From contig CBDDCX010000006.1 in the NCBI GenBank assembly GCA_965226375.1, positions 480,001 to 544,000 on the forward strand: a stretch of DNA of 64,000 nucleotides. The letters are read 5' to 3'. Below the pieces are notes generated by a model, which saw only the letters and a list, made by a program, of their open reading frames with translations, did no database searches and had not been told where the DNA came from. Below, piece after piece: positions 1-10,731 of this stretch. The DNA is from Longimicrobiales bacterium (GTDB lineage: Bacteria > Gemmatimonadota > Gemmatimonadetes > Longimicrobiales > Gaopeijiaceae). The position numbers and the translations under genes are program-made. The first letter of the stretch is position 1, and each line of letters begins with the position of its first letter.

Positions 1-221
1 CGTGGTCCTCACTTCTCCAAAGGCCGTTGCCTCTGGTGAAGCCCAAGTATCTGCGTTCCAATGCGATACCTAAAGATTGGTAAGTTATGTCCCACTTCTC
101 AACAGTTTTGGTGCGGCAGCGAGCGGACGGGTTTGCCCTGTTCCCTGAGAGGAGGGGAAGTATACCTTGTTTCGACCCGTTCGAGTAAGGTTCGATTCGA
201 CCACTGCACGAGGAGATTCCC

Positions 222-836
222 ATACCCCGCAAGGCATTCCGCCTGAAGCACGCGTCGGTCGCGGTCGGCCTTTTTCTGGCCCTGGCGGGGCTCCAACCCG
301 ACGACCTCCGCGCCCAAGACGTCGACGGCGTCGAGTCCATGGAGGCAGTGACGGCCTCCATCGGCGGCTTCCTTCGCGGCGCGAAGATCATAGGCGGGAC
401 GGAGGCCATGCTGGGGGGCGAGGCCTCGCTCCACTTTTCCCGGCACTTCTCGATCGGTGCGGCCGGGGGAGCCTTGTTAGGCCCGGTGTCCGTGACCGAA
501 TCCGGGGCCGACCTCGGCACGGACCTGCGTATGGGTTACGGGGGCGTGCTCCTCGGATACGAGGCTCGCACAGCGAATACGGTCTCGGTGGCCGGACGAT
601 TGCTTCTGGGGGCCGGCCACGCGTCGATAAGGGCGATACCGGTGGGAAACGAGCTAGGAGCGGACAACTTTTTGGTCCTCGAGCCCGAGGTCGTACTGCG
701 GTTCCGTGCGGTGGGACCCGCGCACCTCGGGTTGGGGGCGGGCTATCGGATGACCTTCGGAGTTCAGGATCTGCCTACCCTGACGGACCACGATCTCGAG
801 GGTGTCAGTGTGACGATCCTCCTGCTATTTCTGTAG
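222..836 (+). CDS. Putative exported outer-membrane beta-barrel-like protein; probable start is ATA at 222 rather than ATG at 339
   Basis: Alternating hydrophobic beta-strand pattern and hydrophobic C-terminus. The frame is open from TAA 186-188; GAGGAG at 210-215 lies 6 nt before ATA 222 and gives a signal-peptide-like IPRKAFRLKHASVAVGLFLALAGLQPDDLRA-Q. Confidence 0.55.
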   Translation: MPRKAFRLKHASVAVGLFLALAGLQPDDLRAQDVDGVESMEAVTASIGGFLRGAKIIGGTEAMLGGEASLHFSRHFSIGAAGGALLGPVSVTESGADLGTDLRMGYGGVLLGYEARTANTVSVAGRLLLGAGHASIRAIPVGNELGADNFLVLEPEVVLRFRAVGPAHLGLGAGYRMTFGVQDLPTLTDHDLEGVSVTILLLFL

Positions 837-3800
837 GACCCCACCCCCGGTCGCTCCGTTGGCGAGCTCCGCCATCAAAGCGATCTCCCGAACCGCCACA
901 GAGAGCCCCGATACCGACATGGATTCCTCACCGCGGATCTCCTCCATCAGTTCCTGGAAACGCCCATACTCGCCTGTGTTGGTGCGTAAAGCTCCGTCCC
1001 CCTCTTCCGACCCCACGACCAGCCGTGTGAGGGATGAATGCGCCCGACTCAGATCGGCGGCCAACGCCTGCGCAGCCCGCTGTTCCCAACGATCCTCCGA
1101 GGCAGATCCGAAGATCGCCTGCCTGAGCCATGGAATGTGGAAACGCTCGGAGACCTGGTAGTACGCCCGAGCCGCCACCAGAGGCTCCGTACCCGTCTCC
1201 CGCGCAACTCGGAGGATCTCGAGCAACTGATCGAGGAACCGGAGGGTGATCAGGCTCCGCGCAAGAGACGACTCCGCACCGTTTCGTTCGATCTCGGTCA
1301 CGCGACGCTCGAAGACGATCTTGTCCTCCCCAGCCACAAAGTCCCCGAAGTCGGCGCGCAGCGTCTCGAGCTTGCCCCGGTTCTCGCCGATGAGCTTGGC
1401 CGTCTGGCTCTCACTGTCAACATTCGCAAGAATCCAGCGAGTAGTCCTTTCGAGTACTCGTGCAAGCCCGAGCAGCCAACGATACGCCACCCTCGACGAG
1501 AGTCCCGCCTCGGCTCCGCTCACTCTACGGACGAGCTCCTGATGACCGGCCAGACGTGCTGCAATCAGCCACGCCCGAGCGACGTCGGCAGCCTCCCGAC
1601 CCGTATCGCGCGACACGCGGTTCACAAAAGTGGCACCCATCAGGTCGACCAGGTCGTTGGTCAACTGGCAAGCGACGATCTCGCGCCGCAGCCTATGGAG
1701 GCCAAGGCTCTGCTTGCCCGAAGCCTCCAGGGCGGCGTCGGGGAAGTAGTCCAGCAGGTAGTCCTCCGTGCCATCGTCGTCCGGGAGCTCGCTTTTGAGT
1801 AGACGGCCCATGAGCTCCAGCTTGGCGTAGGACAGCAGCACACAAAGCTCCGGACGGGTCAGGGAAACCCCCTGCTCCTCCAGTCGGTCGCACAGCACCT
1901 CCCACGTCGGCAGATGCTCTGCGGCTCGCTCCAGCCCACCGGTCTTTTCCAGCGCGGACATGAGGTCCCTGAAATCGTCCAGGCCGTCGCTGGCCCTCTG
2001 TTGGTCGAGGGAGATGGCAAGACTCTGGCTCTCGTTGTCGGCGAGAACCAGTTGAGCAACGGAATCTGTGAGTTGCTCGAGCAGTTGGTTCCGGTCGTCC
2101 TCACCCATGGTCCCCGAGCGAACGGGATGCCTTAGCAGGATCTTGAGGTTGACCTCCCGATCGGAGAGGTCCACACCACCCGAGTTGTCCAAGGCATCCG
2201 TGTTCAGCATACCACCTCGCAGGGCGAAGTCGATCCGAGCCCGTTGCGTGAAGCCCAGGTTGCCGCCCTCGCCCACGACCCGGCAGCGAAGCTCATCGGA
2301 GTTCACCCGGACAGCGTCGTTGGAGGGATCCCCCGCATCGGCGTCGGACTCGAAAGGTGCCTTTACGTACGTCCCGATGCCGCCGTTCCAGAGCAGCTCC
2401 ACGGGTGACCGGAGTACCACTCTGATGAGAGACTCCCCATCGAGAGTCTCCACGTCGTCCGAAACTCCTAGCGCCTTGCGCGCCTCGGGGGTGAGATCGA
2501 CCTCCTTCGCGCCTCGGGGCACGATCATGGCACCCGTACTCAGGACGTCGCGATCGTAGTCCTCCCAACTCGACGGCCCCAGCGCGAAGACACGCTGGCG
2601 CTCCTTGAACGAGGCTTCGGGATCAGGATCGGGATCGATGAAGACATGGCGGTGGTCGAAGGCCGCGACGAGCTTGATCTGCGTGGAGAGGAGCATTCCG
2701 TTGCCGAACACGTCTCCGCTCATGTCCCCGATCCCGACCACGGTGAAGGGCTCCATCTGGATGTCCTTGCCCTGCTCGCGGAAATGCCGCTTCACGCACT
2801 CCCAGGCACCCCCGGCCGTGATGCCCACTACCTTGTGGTCGTAACCGTACGATCCCCCGGAGGCGAAAGCATCGCCCAACCAGAAGTCGTACTCGGCGGC
2901 TACACCGTTGGCCACGTCCGAGTACTTGGCGGTGCCCTTGTCCGCCGCCACCACCAGGTACGGGTCGGCCACGTCCCAGCATACCACGTGCTCAGGCGGA
3001 ACGGTGGCGCCTTCGTGGTCGAGATTGTCGGTAAGGTCGAGTAGCCCCCGCATGAGCGTCTTGTACTGCTCGCGTGACTCCTCCGCCATCTCGTCTCGGT
3101 CGACGATCTTACGTAGGGTGACATACCCCCCCTTCGATCCAGCCGGCACGATGACCGCATTCTTCACCATCTGGGTGTTTACGAGCCCCAGGATCTCCGT
3201 GCGGAAGTCGTCGGGCCGATCGCTGTATCGAATCCCACCGCGAGCGACGGTGGCACCGCGAAGGTGGACGCCCTCCATACGCGAGGATCGCACCCACACC
3301 TCGTACAGCAGCCTCGTTCGAGACACGTCCCGGAGAGCCCTGGCCGCCACCTTGAAGGAGATGTAGGGCACGCCCCCCGAACGTCGCGTAGGTGATCGTC
3401 CCCCGTTGCGGAAGTAATTGGTGCGCAACGTCGCATCGAGAAGAGCCGCCATCCGACGGAGAGCCCGATCGTCCGCCAGGAGCGTAACCGAGGTCATGAG
3501 CTGGGTCAGAAGGGCACGCAGGTCCTCCACGAGCGCCATCCTGTCCTCGTGGTTGACGGGGCCCTCGGGGTCGAACTTGGCCGTAAAGATGTCGAGGAAG
3601 ACCCTGGCGATGTTGGGATAGCTCACGAGCGCCGTGGGCAATGACAGCCGACTCGGCACCGCGCCCAACTGGAACGCGTAGGCCGTATACGCTCTGAGCA
3701 CGTCGACCTCTCTCCATGAGAGGTTGGCCAGGATTACGAGTGCGTTCAGAGTATCGTTGGTCGCGTCACCGAAGCGGACGGCCAAGATAGCGTCAGCGAG

Positions 3801-5732
3801 GAGGGGTCCCTGATCCTCGGCCTCGAGCGGCCTCGCCGCCGAATCCTGCACCGAGAACGAGTAGATGATGGCGTCGGGCGTACCCCGCCCCTTGATTTCG
3901 TAGGGCACCACCGCGATCACCCTGAGGCCCGCATTCTCCAGAATCGGCATGAAATCCGAGAGGATGAGCTTTTCGCCGATCAGGTAGAGCTTCAGCTCCG
4001 TGGTGGCGCCCTCCTCGTCAGGGGCACTACCGCCAGCGAACGAGATGGAGACCACGCGGTCGTCCGCCCGCATGGCCTCCAGTTCAAGAATGTCATTGAC
4101 CGCCACCAACGGCTCCGTGGCAGCTCTGTACTCAGGACTGAACCCCTCGCCATATCGAGCCGCGAGACGACGGGCCTCTTCGGGCGGTCGTACCTTTTCG
4201 AGGCCCCCTCGAACACGATCCGCCCAGGACCTGATGAGCTCTCCGATCAACTTCTCCAGGTCGCGGCTGTCTAGTCCCTCGATCTCCTCACCGGGCGCGG
4301 CCATATAGAAGTGCAGTCGGGCTTGATCGCCTTCGCCCAGGGTCAGGTGATAGTTCAGGACATCGGCCTGGAGATACCGAACCAGAGCCTCTTCGATTGC
4401 CCGCCGCACGTCACCGGAGAATCTGTCCTTGGGGATGATGACCATGACCGAAAATCCCCGACGGAAGGGATCTTCTCGCACCGTAACGCGGACGTCGTCC
4501 GTGTGGTACGACGTCAGAACGATCTGGACATCGGCACCTATCTGTTCCACCGTCGAGACGAACAGCTCCTCCTTCGGCATGGAGCTGAAGATCGTCTTGA
4601 TCTCCTTGTAGTCGTGTGATCCCTCTGAGGCGCTGGCACCGTCGAGGATCACCTGCAGCTTGCGCCGCAGGATGGGGATTTTCTCCGCTTCCTCCGAATA
4701 GGCCTTCGATGTAAACAGGCCGATGAACCGGTGCTCTCCCAGAACCTGCCCTTCCGACGAGAGCTGCTTGATCCCGATGTAGTCCATCCGGGCGAGGCGG
4801 TGCACGGTAGATAGGGCATTGGTCTTACTGATGATCAGGTTCGGCCCACCCTCGAGCAGGTCCCTGATCCCGGGCCGGAGATCGCTCACCAGCACCGGCT
4901 CCGCGTAGGACGACTCCGCCTCGTTCCTCAGGACCCCGAGACCCGAGCCGGGCTCGACCACAATGGCCCTTCCACCCTCGATGTCGACCAGGTCGTAACC
5001 CCGATACCCCAGGAAGACGAAGCCCCCATCACGGAGCCAGCGCAGAAACGCCTGAATCTCGCCGAGCTCCTCGCCGATTTCGGCGAGCTCGGCCATGCTC
5101 TCCGCAAGCTCGGCCACGACGTCGTTTACCGCATCGATCATGGGATGGAAGTCGTCGGTGGCCCGGACCACATCCTGAAGTCGACTGTTCGCCTCGTTAC
5201 GGAGGTAGTCCAGGGCCACAGGGTCCGTGACCCGGCCCACCTCACAGTGCACAAGCGACTCCTTGGTCTCTCCCTCCCTGGATGCCCGCACATCTGTGAC
5301 CTGGCCATCCTCGCCCCGCTCCACGTGGATCACGGGGTAGACGAGATGCTCTATGGAGAGGTCCTGCGTGTGCAAGAACTCCCGGAGGGAGTCCACGATG
5401 AACGGACGCTCGGAGATGTTGGTGCGCAGAACCGTTACGGGTGCGAACCATCCTTCGTTGTCGACATCCGGATTAAACACCTCCACGTCGACCCGATCGG
5501 GCCGGGCACGCTGGAGAAAACGCCAGGCCCCGAGCACCGTGCGTGCCAGTGCCTCCGCGCTGCGCTCTTGCAGAAACTCCCCTGTCGCCTTGGACAAGAA
5601 GATCTCCGCGAACGAGGTGACTAGTGCAGCTTCGTCCGGGGAGACCTGCCGCTCGAGTTGCCGGCATACCGCGTCGATGGTAGGCGAGTCCTGCCGCAGT
5701 TGGCGGACCGTCGCTTCGGATGTGTCGCTCAT
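825..5732 (-). CDS. gdhB: NAD-specific glutamate dehydrogenase, large bacterial type
   Basis: About 1600 aa with ARGGIRYSDRPDDFRTEILGL, YLVVAADKGTA, GIGDMSGDVFGNGML, LWNGGIGTY and EGGNLG motifs. Start taken at ATG 5732; the ORF extends to 5813. Confidence 0.93.
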   Translation of the reverse strand: MSDTSEATVRQLRQDSPTIDAVCRQLERQVSPDEAALVTSFAEIFLSKATGEFLQERSAEALARTVLGAWRFLQRARPDRVDVEVFNPDVDNEGWFAPVTVLRTNISERPFIVDSLREFLHTQDLSIEHLVYPVIHVERGEDGQVTDVRASREGETKESLVHCEVGRVTDPVALDYLRNEANSRLQDVVRATDDFHPMIDAVNDVVAELAESMAELAEIGEELGEIQAFLRWLRDGGFVFLGYRGYDLVDIEGGRAIVVEPGSGLGVLRNEAESSYAEPVLVSDLRPGIRDLLEGGPNLIISKTNALSTVHRLARMDYIGIKQLSSEGQVLGEHRFIGLFTSKAYSEEAEKIPILRRKLQVILDGASASEGSHDYKEIKTIFSSMPKEELFVSTVEQIGADVQIVLTSYHTDDVRVTVREDPFRRGFSVMVIIPKDRFSGDVRRAIEEALVRYLQADVLNYHLTLGEGDQARLHFYMAAPGEEIEGLDSRDLEKLIGELIRSWADRVRGGLEKVRPPEEARRLAARYGEGFSPEYRAATEPLVAVNDILELEAMRADDRVVSISFAGGSAPDEEGATTELKLYLIGEKLILSDFMPILENAGLRVIAVVPYEIKGRGTPDAIIYSFSVQDSAARPLEAEDQGPLLADAILAVRFGDATNDTLNALVILANLSWREVDVLRAYTAYAFQLGAVPSRLSLPTALVSYPNIARVFLDIFTAKFDPEGPVNHEDRMALVEDLRALLTQLMTSVTLLADDRALRRMAALLDATLRTNYFRNGGRSPTRRSGGVPYISFKVAARALRDVSRTRLLYEVWVRSSRMEGVHLRGATVARGGIRYSDRPDDFRTEILGLVNTQMVKNAVIVPAGSKGGYVTLRKIVDRDEMAEESREQYKTLMRGLLDLTDNLDHEGATVPPEHVVCWDVADPYLVVAADKGTAKYSDVANGVAAEYDFWLGDAFASGGSYGYDHKVVGITAGGAWECVKRHFREQGKDIQMEPFTVVGIGDMSGDVFGNGMLLSTQIKLVAAFDHRHVFIDPDPDPEASFKERQRVFALGPSSWEDYDRDVLSTGAMIVPRGAKEVDLTPEARKALGVSDDVETLDGESLIRVVLRSPVELLWNGGIGTYVKAPFESDADAGDPSNDAVRVNSDELRCRVVGEGGNLGFTQRARIDFALRGGMLNTDALDNSGGVDLSDREVNLKILLRHPVRSGTMGEDDRNQLLEQLTDSVAQLVLADNESQSLAISLDQQRASDGLDDFRDLMSALEKTGGLERAAEHLPTWEVLCDRLEEQGVSLTRPELCVLLSYAKLELMGRLLKSELPDDDGTEDYLLDYFPDAALEASGKQSLGLHRLRREIVACQLTNDLVDLMGATFVNRVSRDTGREAADVARAWLIAARLAGHQELVRRVSGAEAGLSSRVAYRWLLGLARVLERTTRWILANVDSESQTAKLIGENRGKLETLRADFGDFVAGEDKIVFERRVTEIERNGAESSLARSLITLRFLDQLLEILRVARETGTEPLVAARAYYQVSERFHIPWLRQAIFGSASEDRWEQRAAQALAADLSRAHSSLTRLVVGSEEGDGALRTNTGEYGRFQELMEEIRGEESMSVSGLSVAVREIALMAELANGATGGGVLQK

Positions 5733-5960
5733 GGGTAAGTCAGGAGGAGCCTGTGCGCGTTTGCGTCGCGACGATCGAGGGTCAGAAGAAGAGTCCTCGC
5801 GATTGATCGTCAAAGATAGAAACGGCCACTGGTCCCTTCAAGAAGCACGTGTATGATCCCGGGTCAGCGGCCAACGTTGCCCGTCCAGCCCTGGCCCTCG
5901 CCCACCGGCTGCGTCTAGCTTTCGTGAGCCGGCCTACACGTTGACCATCCCAGGCAACTA

Positions 5961-7202
5961 ATGCGCTTCATTCACGCCGCCGACATACACCTCGACACCG
6001 CATTCTCGAGCCGCTCGGACACGGTCCGGGCACGTTTGCGCGATGCGTCACGCGTCGCCTTCCGGCGGCTCGTCGATCTGGCCCTGGCAGAGGAAGTAAA
6101 CGCGGTCCTCCTGGCCGGTGACCTTTTCGACGACGAACGGCTCTCGTTCCAGACCGAGCGCTTTCTCCTGGAACAACTCCACCGCCTCGAGCAGGCTGGC
6201 GTACCCGTAGTGTACGCAACCGGAAACCACGATCCGGGCCGTGAGGGACGTCGATCGGCAGATCTCGCGTGGCCCGACAACGTGACAGTGGCCGGGAGAC
6301 GAGAAGCTGTGCGCATTACCGTCGAGAACCCCGAAGGCGAAGCTCTGGGCGTGGTAACGGCCGCAGGGCACGAAACCGCCGCGGAAACGGAGGACCTGTC
6401 GGAGACCTTCCCGACCCCAGAGGGACGCCTCCCGGAGGTGGCCGTTCTGCACACCCAGGTCGTGGACTCTCCCGGAGCCACAGATCACGCGCGATACGCC
6501 CCTTCCCACCTCGACGCCTTGAAGGGCGCCGGCTTCGACTATTGGGCGTTGGGGCACGTGCACAAGCGTGCCTGCCTCTGCGAACATCCCGGCATCTACT
6601 ACCCCGGCAATCTCCAGGGACGCACCCATGGCGAACGTGGAGCCAAGGGCTGCCTACTCGTGGAACTCTCACCGGGCGCAGCCCCGACCGTGGAGTTCAA
6701 GGAGTTGGCCCCGATTCGATGGGAGGATGTAGAGGTTCGGGATCCCACCGACGCTGCCTCGCTCGATGCTCTCGTGCGCACGGTAGCCTCCCGGTGGGAC
6801 GAGGCAGTGAATGGAAACGGGATATCCGGGTGGATCGCCCGCATAAGCATCTCCGGAGCGACGCCTCTCTGGAGGGAGCTGTCGCGTGAAGAGGATCAGG
6901 AGCACTTGCGAGAGGAACTGGCTCATCGACTCGAGTTGCTCGACGTGACGCTCCACATCGGCAGCGTACATCCGGAGATTTCGGTCGAGGAACACGCAGC
7001 CCGAGAGGATGTGCTGGGGCAGGTACTGCAACTGGTGGCTTCGGTTCGAGCCGGGGATGCCACCGTGGCCGATCTGCGACCCGAACTCCTTCTTGGTCTG
7101 GACGGACAGGATCATCTGGACGAGTACGTCCGGACCCTCCTGCATTCAGCTGAAGAAGAAGTCCTGTCACGTATGCTCAAAAACGTGGTCGAGCAGGGAT
7201 GA
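5961..7202 (+). CDS. Mre11/SbcD-type metallophosphoesterase, YhaO-like DNA repair exonuclease
   Basis: Intact motifs ADIHLD, AGDLFD, GNHD, VLH, ALGHVH and YPGNLQGR; ATGA overlap with the downstream ATPase. Confidence 0.88.
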   Translation: MRFIHAADIHLDTAFSSRSDTVRARLRDASRVAFRRLVDLALAEEVNAVLLAGDLFDDERLSFQTERFLLEQLHRLEQAGVPVVYATGNHDPGREGRRSADLAWPDNVTVAGRREAVRITVENPEGEALGVVTAAGHETAAETEDLSETFPTPEGRLPEVAVLHTQVVDSPGATDHARYAPSHLDALKGAGFDYWALGHVHKRACLCEHPGIYYPGNLQGRTHGERGAKGCLLVELSPGAAPTVEFKELAPIRWEDVEVRDPTDAASLDALVRTVASRWDEAVNGNGISGWIARISISGATPLWRELSREEDQEHLREELAHRLELLDVTLHIGSVHPEISVEEHAAREDVLGQVLQLVASVRAGDATVADLRPELLLGLDGQDHLDEYVRTLLHSAEEEVLSRMLKNVVEQG

Positions 7203-9880
7203 AGCTCGAGCGTATTCGCGCACGTGCGTTCGGCGGCCTGGAGGCGTTCGATTCGGGGGAAGAACCGCTCTCGGACCTGGCCGTGGTCGTGGGGCCCAAC
7301 GAGTCGGGCAAGACTACCTTCTTCCACCTGCTGGCATCGATCATCTACGGGCTCTACCCGACCTCCCGGGATCTGCACCCCTACGCGCCCTGGAGCGGAC
7401 ACGACCTCGATGTAGAAGCCGACCTGCGCCTGGATGATGACGAATTGTGGAGCGTCCGGAGACGTCTTCTCGCCTCCCCTTCCGGCCAACTCACCCGAGG
7501 CGAACATGAAAAAGCCCTCCGCAATGAAACCCTGCCCTGTGCGACGCACGTCACGCGCGGAGTCTTCCATCAGGTGTTCGCCCTGACCCACACGGAAATA
7601 TCCACCCTCGAGTCTGAGGCCTGGTCGGACATACAGGACCGGCTCATCGGCGCGATGGGTGCACGCGACCTGGTCACTGCACGCTCTGCGGCAGAGGTAC
7701 TCGAGCTGGAAGCTCGCGGGCTGTGGCGACCCGACCGCAGGGGCAAACAGGAGATCCGCCAGTTGCGGGAGCGCATCCATACTGCTTCGGCGAGGCGCCG
7801 CCAAGCGTTGGAAACCGATCGACTGCTCAGAGGCTCGATGGGTGCCCTGGAGCAAGTCAGGCACGATCTGAAAGAGGCCAAACTCGTTCGTGAGCAGCAA
7901 AGGCTCCTCATCGAGCGTACGACCACGCTCCTCCCCGCCCGGAAGCTGCTCGATCGCGCGGCCGAGCTCGACGAGGAGGCCGGCCCACTCCGGGCGTTAG
8001 ACGAGATTCCCCCGGATCCCGTCGCTGCGCACGGCCGCCTCGTCGCCGAAGTGGCCAAGCTCCGCGAACGTCTTGCCCGCAACTGCGAGGAATCCAAGGT
8101 TCCCCGCGAGCGCATGGACACCTTCGGATCCGCCGGAGCTCGCATTCTCGAGGCCCGCGTGGACATCGAGGATCTCGGGGCGGAGGTGGCCGGCCTGAAA
8201 CCGGCTCGTGCCCGCCTCGGCTCCCTAGAACGCGAAATCCAGGACCATCGTCGTCACACCGGTGCGTCCCTGAACGATCTGTTCACGCGAATCCTCACCC
8301 CAGACGAAGAGAGGGCCCTGAGGCGCATCGCGCCGAAGCAGCTCCACGAGCGCATCAGAAGCGCGGTCAGAGCAAGGGATCGTCAGCGGCAACAGGAAAT
8401 TCGCTCCACGCTCCGCGGGGAGACCCCGAGACCTTCAGCCCTAACCCTACTGATCGGCGTGACGTCGGGGCTGGCAGCAGCGGCCCTTTGGTTCACAGAC
8501 GGTGCGGAGCCCTGGCCCAAGGTAGTCGGGGCAATTCTGGCTCTGGCATCGGTCACGCTGCTCACACGGTGGTGGACCATGCGTGAGGTGTTCGTGCGCA
8601 GCGGAGGGGATGATTCGTCCGATTCGCCACCGGAGGGCGGGCCCGGCGATTCGGAGACCGTTGTGTCGGCCGTTACGGCTCTCCGTGGGATTCTTGGTGA
8701 TCTGCCGATCCGTGACGAGGTGGTCGAGGAGCCCGGTCCAGAGATGGGCGCCGCGGTTGTACGGCTCCAGGAGCTGTTGGACGACCTCGACGCTCGAGCT
8801 GTGGAAGCCGAAGAGCTGAGAGGGGCCTTTGCGAGCGCGGGCGAACGCATCGCCACCGTCGGTAGTGGACTGGAGATCGATCTTCCCTCGGATGACACGG
8901 CCGCCGTTCATGTGCTGCAAACCGAGCTTCGTGATGCGGGACGAGCAGAGGAGGTATCCACCTTCGCACGTCGCACGCTGGAAGGTCTGGAACGAGCCCA
9001 ACAAGAGATCCGACATGAGCTCGACGAGCGAACTCGAGAACTCGACCTTCTCGAGGACGCGGTCCGAAAGCTGGGCGAAGGCGACGTCACCTCAGGCTTG
9101 GAGGCGGCCGGGCGAAGGCAGCGCGCCAGGGCGCGCGCGGAGCAGATCCGTGAGGACCTGACCCGCTCCCATCCCGATCTGGAAGAGTTGACCTCTGGAC
9201 TCGACCAACTCGAGAGCGCCGAAGGCCGCCCCATTGGCGACGACGAATTGGCGGCTACGCGGCTCGCCCATGAGGAGCAGTCTGAACACATAGAGGAGCT
9301 TACGGGACGAGTGAAAGAACTCGAGCACGACTGCGCCCACGCCGGGGAGCAAACCACGGCTGACCAGATCGACGGGGAGATCGGGGCGCTGGAAGCCGAT
9401 CTCGGCTACCTGGAGGGCGAGCACGACCGCAAGCTTGTGCTGGCCCACCTCATCCGGGATGCCGATCGCCGATTTCGTGAGGAGCACCAGCCCGATGTGG
9501 TGCGGAAGGCCTCGGACTACCTGAAGACCATCACGAGCGGCCGATACGAGCTCATTACCGTGGGCGACACGGGCAGCTTCCACGTGCGCGGGCCCGGCTC
9601 CGATGGACCCGTGGAGGCGTCGAGCCTCTCCACAGGAGCCCGGGAGCAGCTGTATATGGCGATTCGACTCGCGGTCATGAGTCACCTCGACGAAGAAAGG
9701 GAGAGTCTGCCCGTATTCGTGGACGAAGCCTTCGTTAACTGGGACGCAAGGCGGCGCGCCAGTGCCTTCGCGCTTCTGCGCGAGATCTCGACCACCCGTC
9801 AGGTGTTCGTCATGACCTGTCACGGCCCGTGGGCCGACGAGTTGGTCGCACACGGTGCTCAAAGAATCGAGCTGCCGTGA
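7199..9880 (+). CDS. YhaN-like Rad50/SMC-type ATPase with coiled coil and two central hydrophobic segments
   Basis: Walker A GPNESGKTT, signature LSTGAREQL, Walker B VFVDEAFVNWD, H-loop MTCH; hydrophobic pair near the middle. Confidence 0.85.
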   Translation: MKLERIRARAFGGLEAFDSGEEPLSDLAVVVGPNESGKTTFFHLLASIIYGLYPTSRDLHPYAPWSGHDLDVEADLRLDDDELWSVRRRLLASPSGQLTRGEHEKALRNETLPCATHVTRGVFHQVFALTHTEISTLESEAWSDIQDRLIGAMGARDLVTARSAAEVLELEARGLWRPDRRGKQEIRQLRERIHTASARRRQALETDRLLRGSMGALEQVRHDLKEAKLVREQQRLLIERTTTLLPARKLLDRAAELDEEAGPLRALDEIPPDPVAAHGRLVAEVAKLRERLARNCEESKVPRERMDTFGSAGARILEARVDIEDLGAEVAGLKPARARLGSLEREIQDHRRHTGASLNDLFTRILTPDEERALRRIAPKQLHERIRSAVRARDRQRQQEIRSTLRGETPRPSALTLLIGVTSGLAAAALWFTDGAEPWPKVVGAILALASVTLLTRWWTMREVFVRSGGDDSSDSPPEGGPGDSETVVSAVTALRGILGDLPIRDEVVEEPGPEMGAAVVRLQELLDDLDARAVEAEELRGAFASAGERIATVGSGLEIDLPSDDTAAVHVLQTELRDAGRAEEVSTFARRTLEGLERAQQEIRHELDERTRELDLLEDAVRKLGEGDVTSGLEAAGRRQRARARAEQIREDLTRSHPDLEELTSGLDQLESAEGRPIGDDELAATRLAHEEQSEHIEELTGRVKELEHDCAHAGEQTTADQIDGEIGALEADLGYLEGEHDRKLVLAHLIRDADRRFREEHQPDVVRKASDYLKTITSGRYELITVGDTGSFHVRGPGSDGPVEASSLSTGAREQLYMAIRLAVMSHLDEERESLPVFVDEAFVNWDARRRASAFALLREISTTRQVFVMTCHGPWADELVAHGAQRIELP

Positions 9881-10731
9881 CGAGCTGGTCTCCGCAGGGA
9901 GGATATAAGCTTCCTCTCCACGCGGAGTGCTTTGGAGAGGGCAGCAGCTCCGTAGTGCTTCTCCATGGTTTTGGAGGGAGCGCCTTCTCCTGGCGATACT
10001 GGGTCCCCGCCCTGGCGGAGCGTCACACGGTGTGGGCCGTGGACCTGAAGGGGCACGGCTCGGCGCCGGCCCCCGAAGACGATCGCTACACCCCTCACGA
10101 TCACGCCGAGCTGATCCACCGCTTCATCATCCAGAAGGACCTGCGTGAGCTGACGCTGTGCGGCCACTCCATGGGTGGGGGACTCGCGTTACTCGTCGCC
10201 CTTCGCCTGCTGGATGAGGGACGGCTCGAGCGCCTCGTAATTGTGGCCGGCGCCGCATACCCGCAGCGGCTGCCACCCTTCGTCAAGTTGGCCCGCATGG
10301 GCCGACCGGCCCGTTGGTTCTTCGCGTCGGTTCCGAAGCGACGGCTCATCGGATGGATACTCCGGTCCATCGTTTACGACCCGTCGGCCATCAGCGGAGC
10401 GCAGGTGGAAGGCTACGCCGAACCGCTCAGAAGCGCGCCGCATCGTCTGGCCCTGATCAAGACGGCGTTGGGCATCATCCCGTCCGATGTCTCCGAACTG
10501 ACCGCTCGCTTTGCCGAGATCGACGTCCCGACGCTACTCCTGTGGGGCCGCCACGACGCGGTCGTGCCGATTTCGGTCGGCGAGAGGCTCCTGGAGGTCC
10601 TGCCCCGCGCGCGCCTCGAGGTTCTGGAGGAGTGTGGTCATCTGTCCCCTGAAGAGCTCCCGAAGGAATCTCTGCAGATCGTCGAGAGCTTCCTCAGCGG
10701 CGACGTCTCAGACGTTCCGTCGCAAGGGTGA
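9877..10731 (+). CDS. Alpha/beta fold hydrolase
   Basis: LLHGFGG, DLKGHG, nucleophile GHSMGG, WGRHD and CGH; GTG 9877 overlaps the upstream stop. Confidence 0.9.
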   Translation: MTSWSPQGGYKLPLHAECFGEGSSSVVLLHGFGGSAFSWRYWVPALAERHTVWAVDLKGHGSAPAPEDDRYTPHDHAELIHRFIIQKDLRELTLCGHSMGGGLALLVALRLLDEGRLERLVIVAGAAYPQRLPPFVKLARMGRPARWFFASVPKRRLIGWILRSIVYDPSAISGAQVEGYAEPLRSAPHRLALIKTALGIIPSDVSELTARFAEIDVPTLLLWGRHDAVVPISVGERLLEVLPRARLEVLEECGHLSPEELPKESLQIVESFLSGDVSDVPSQG

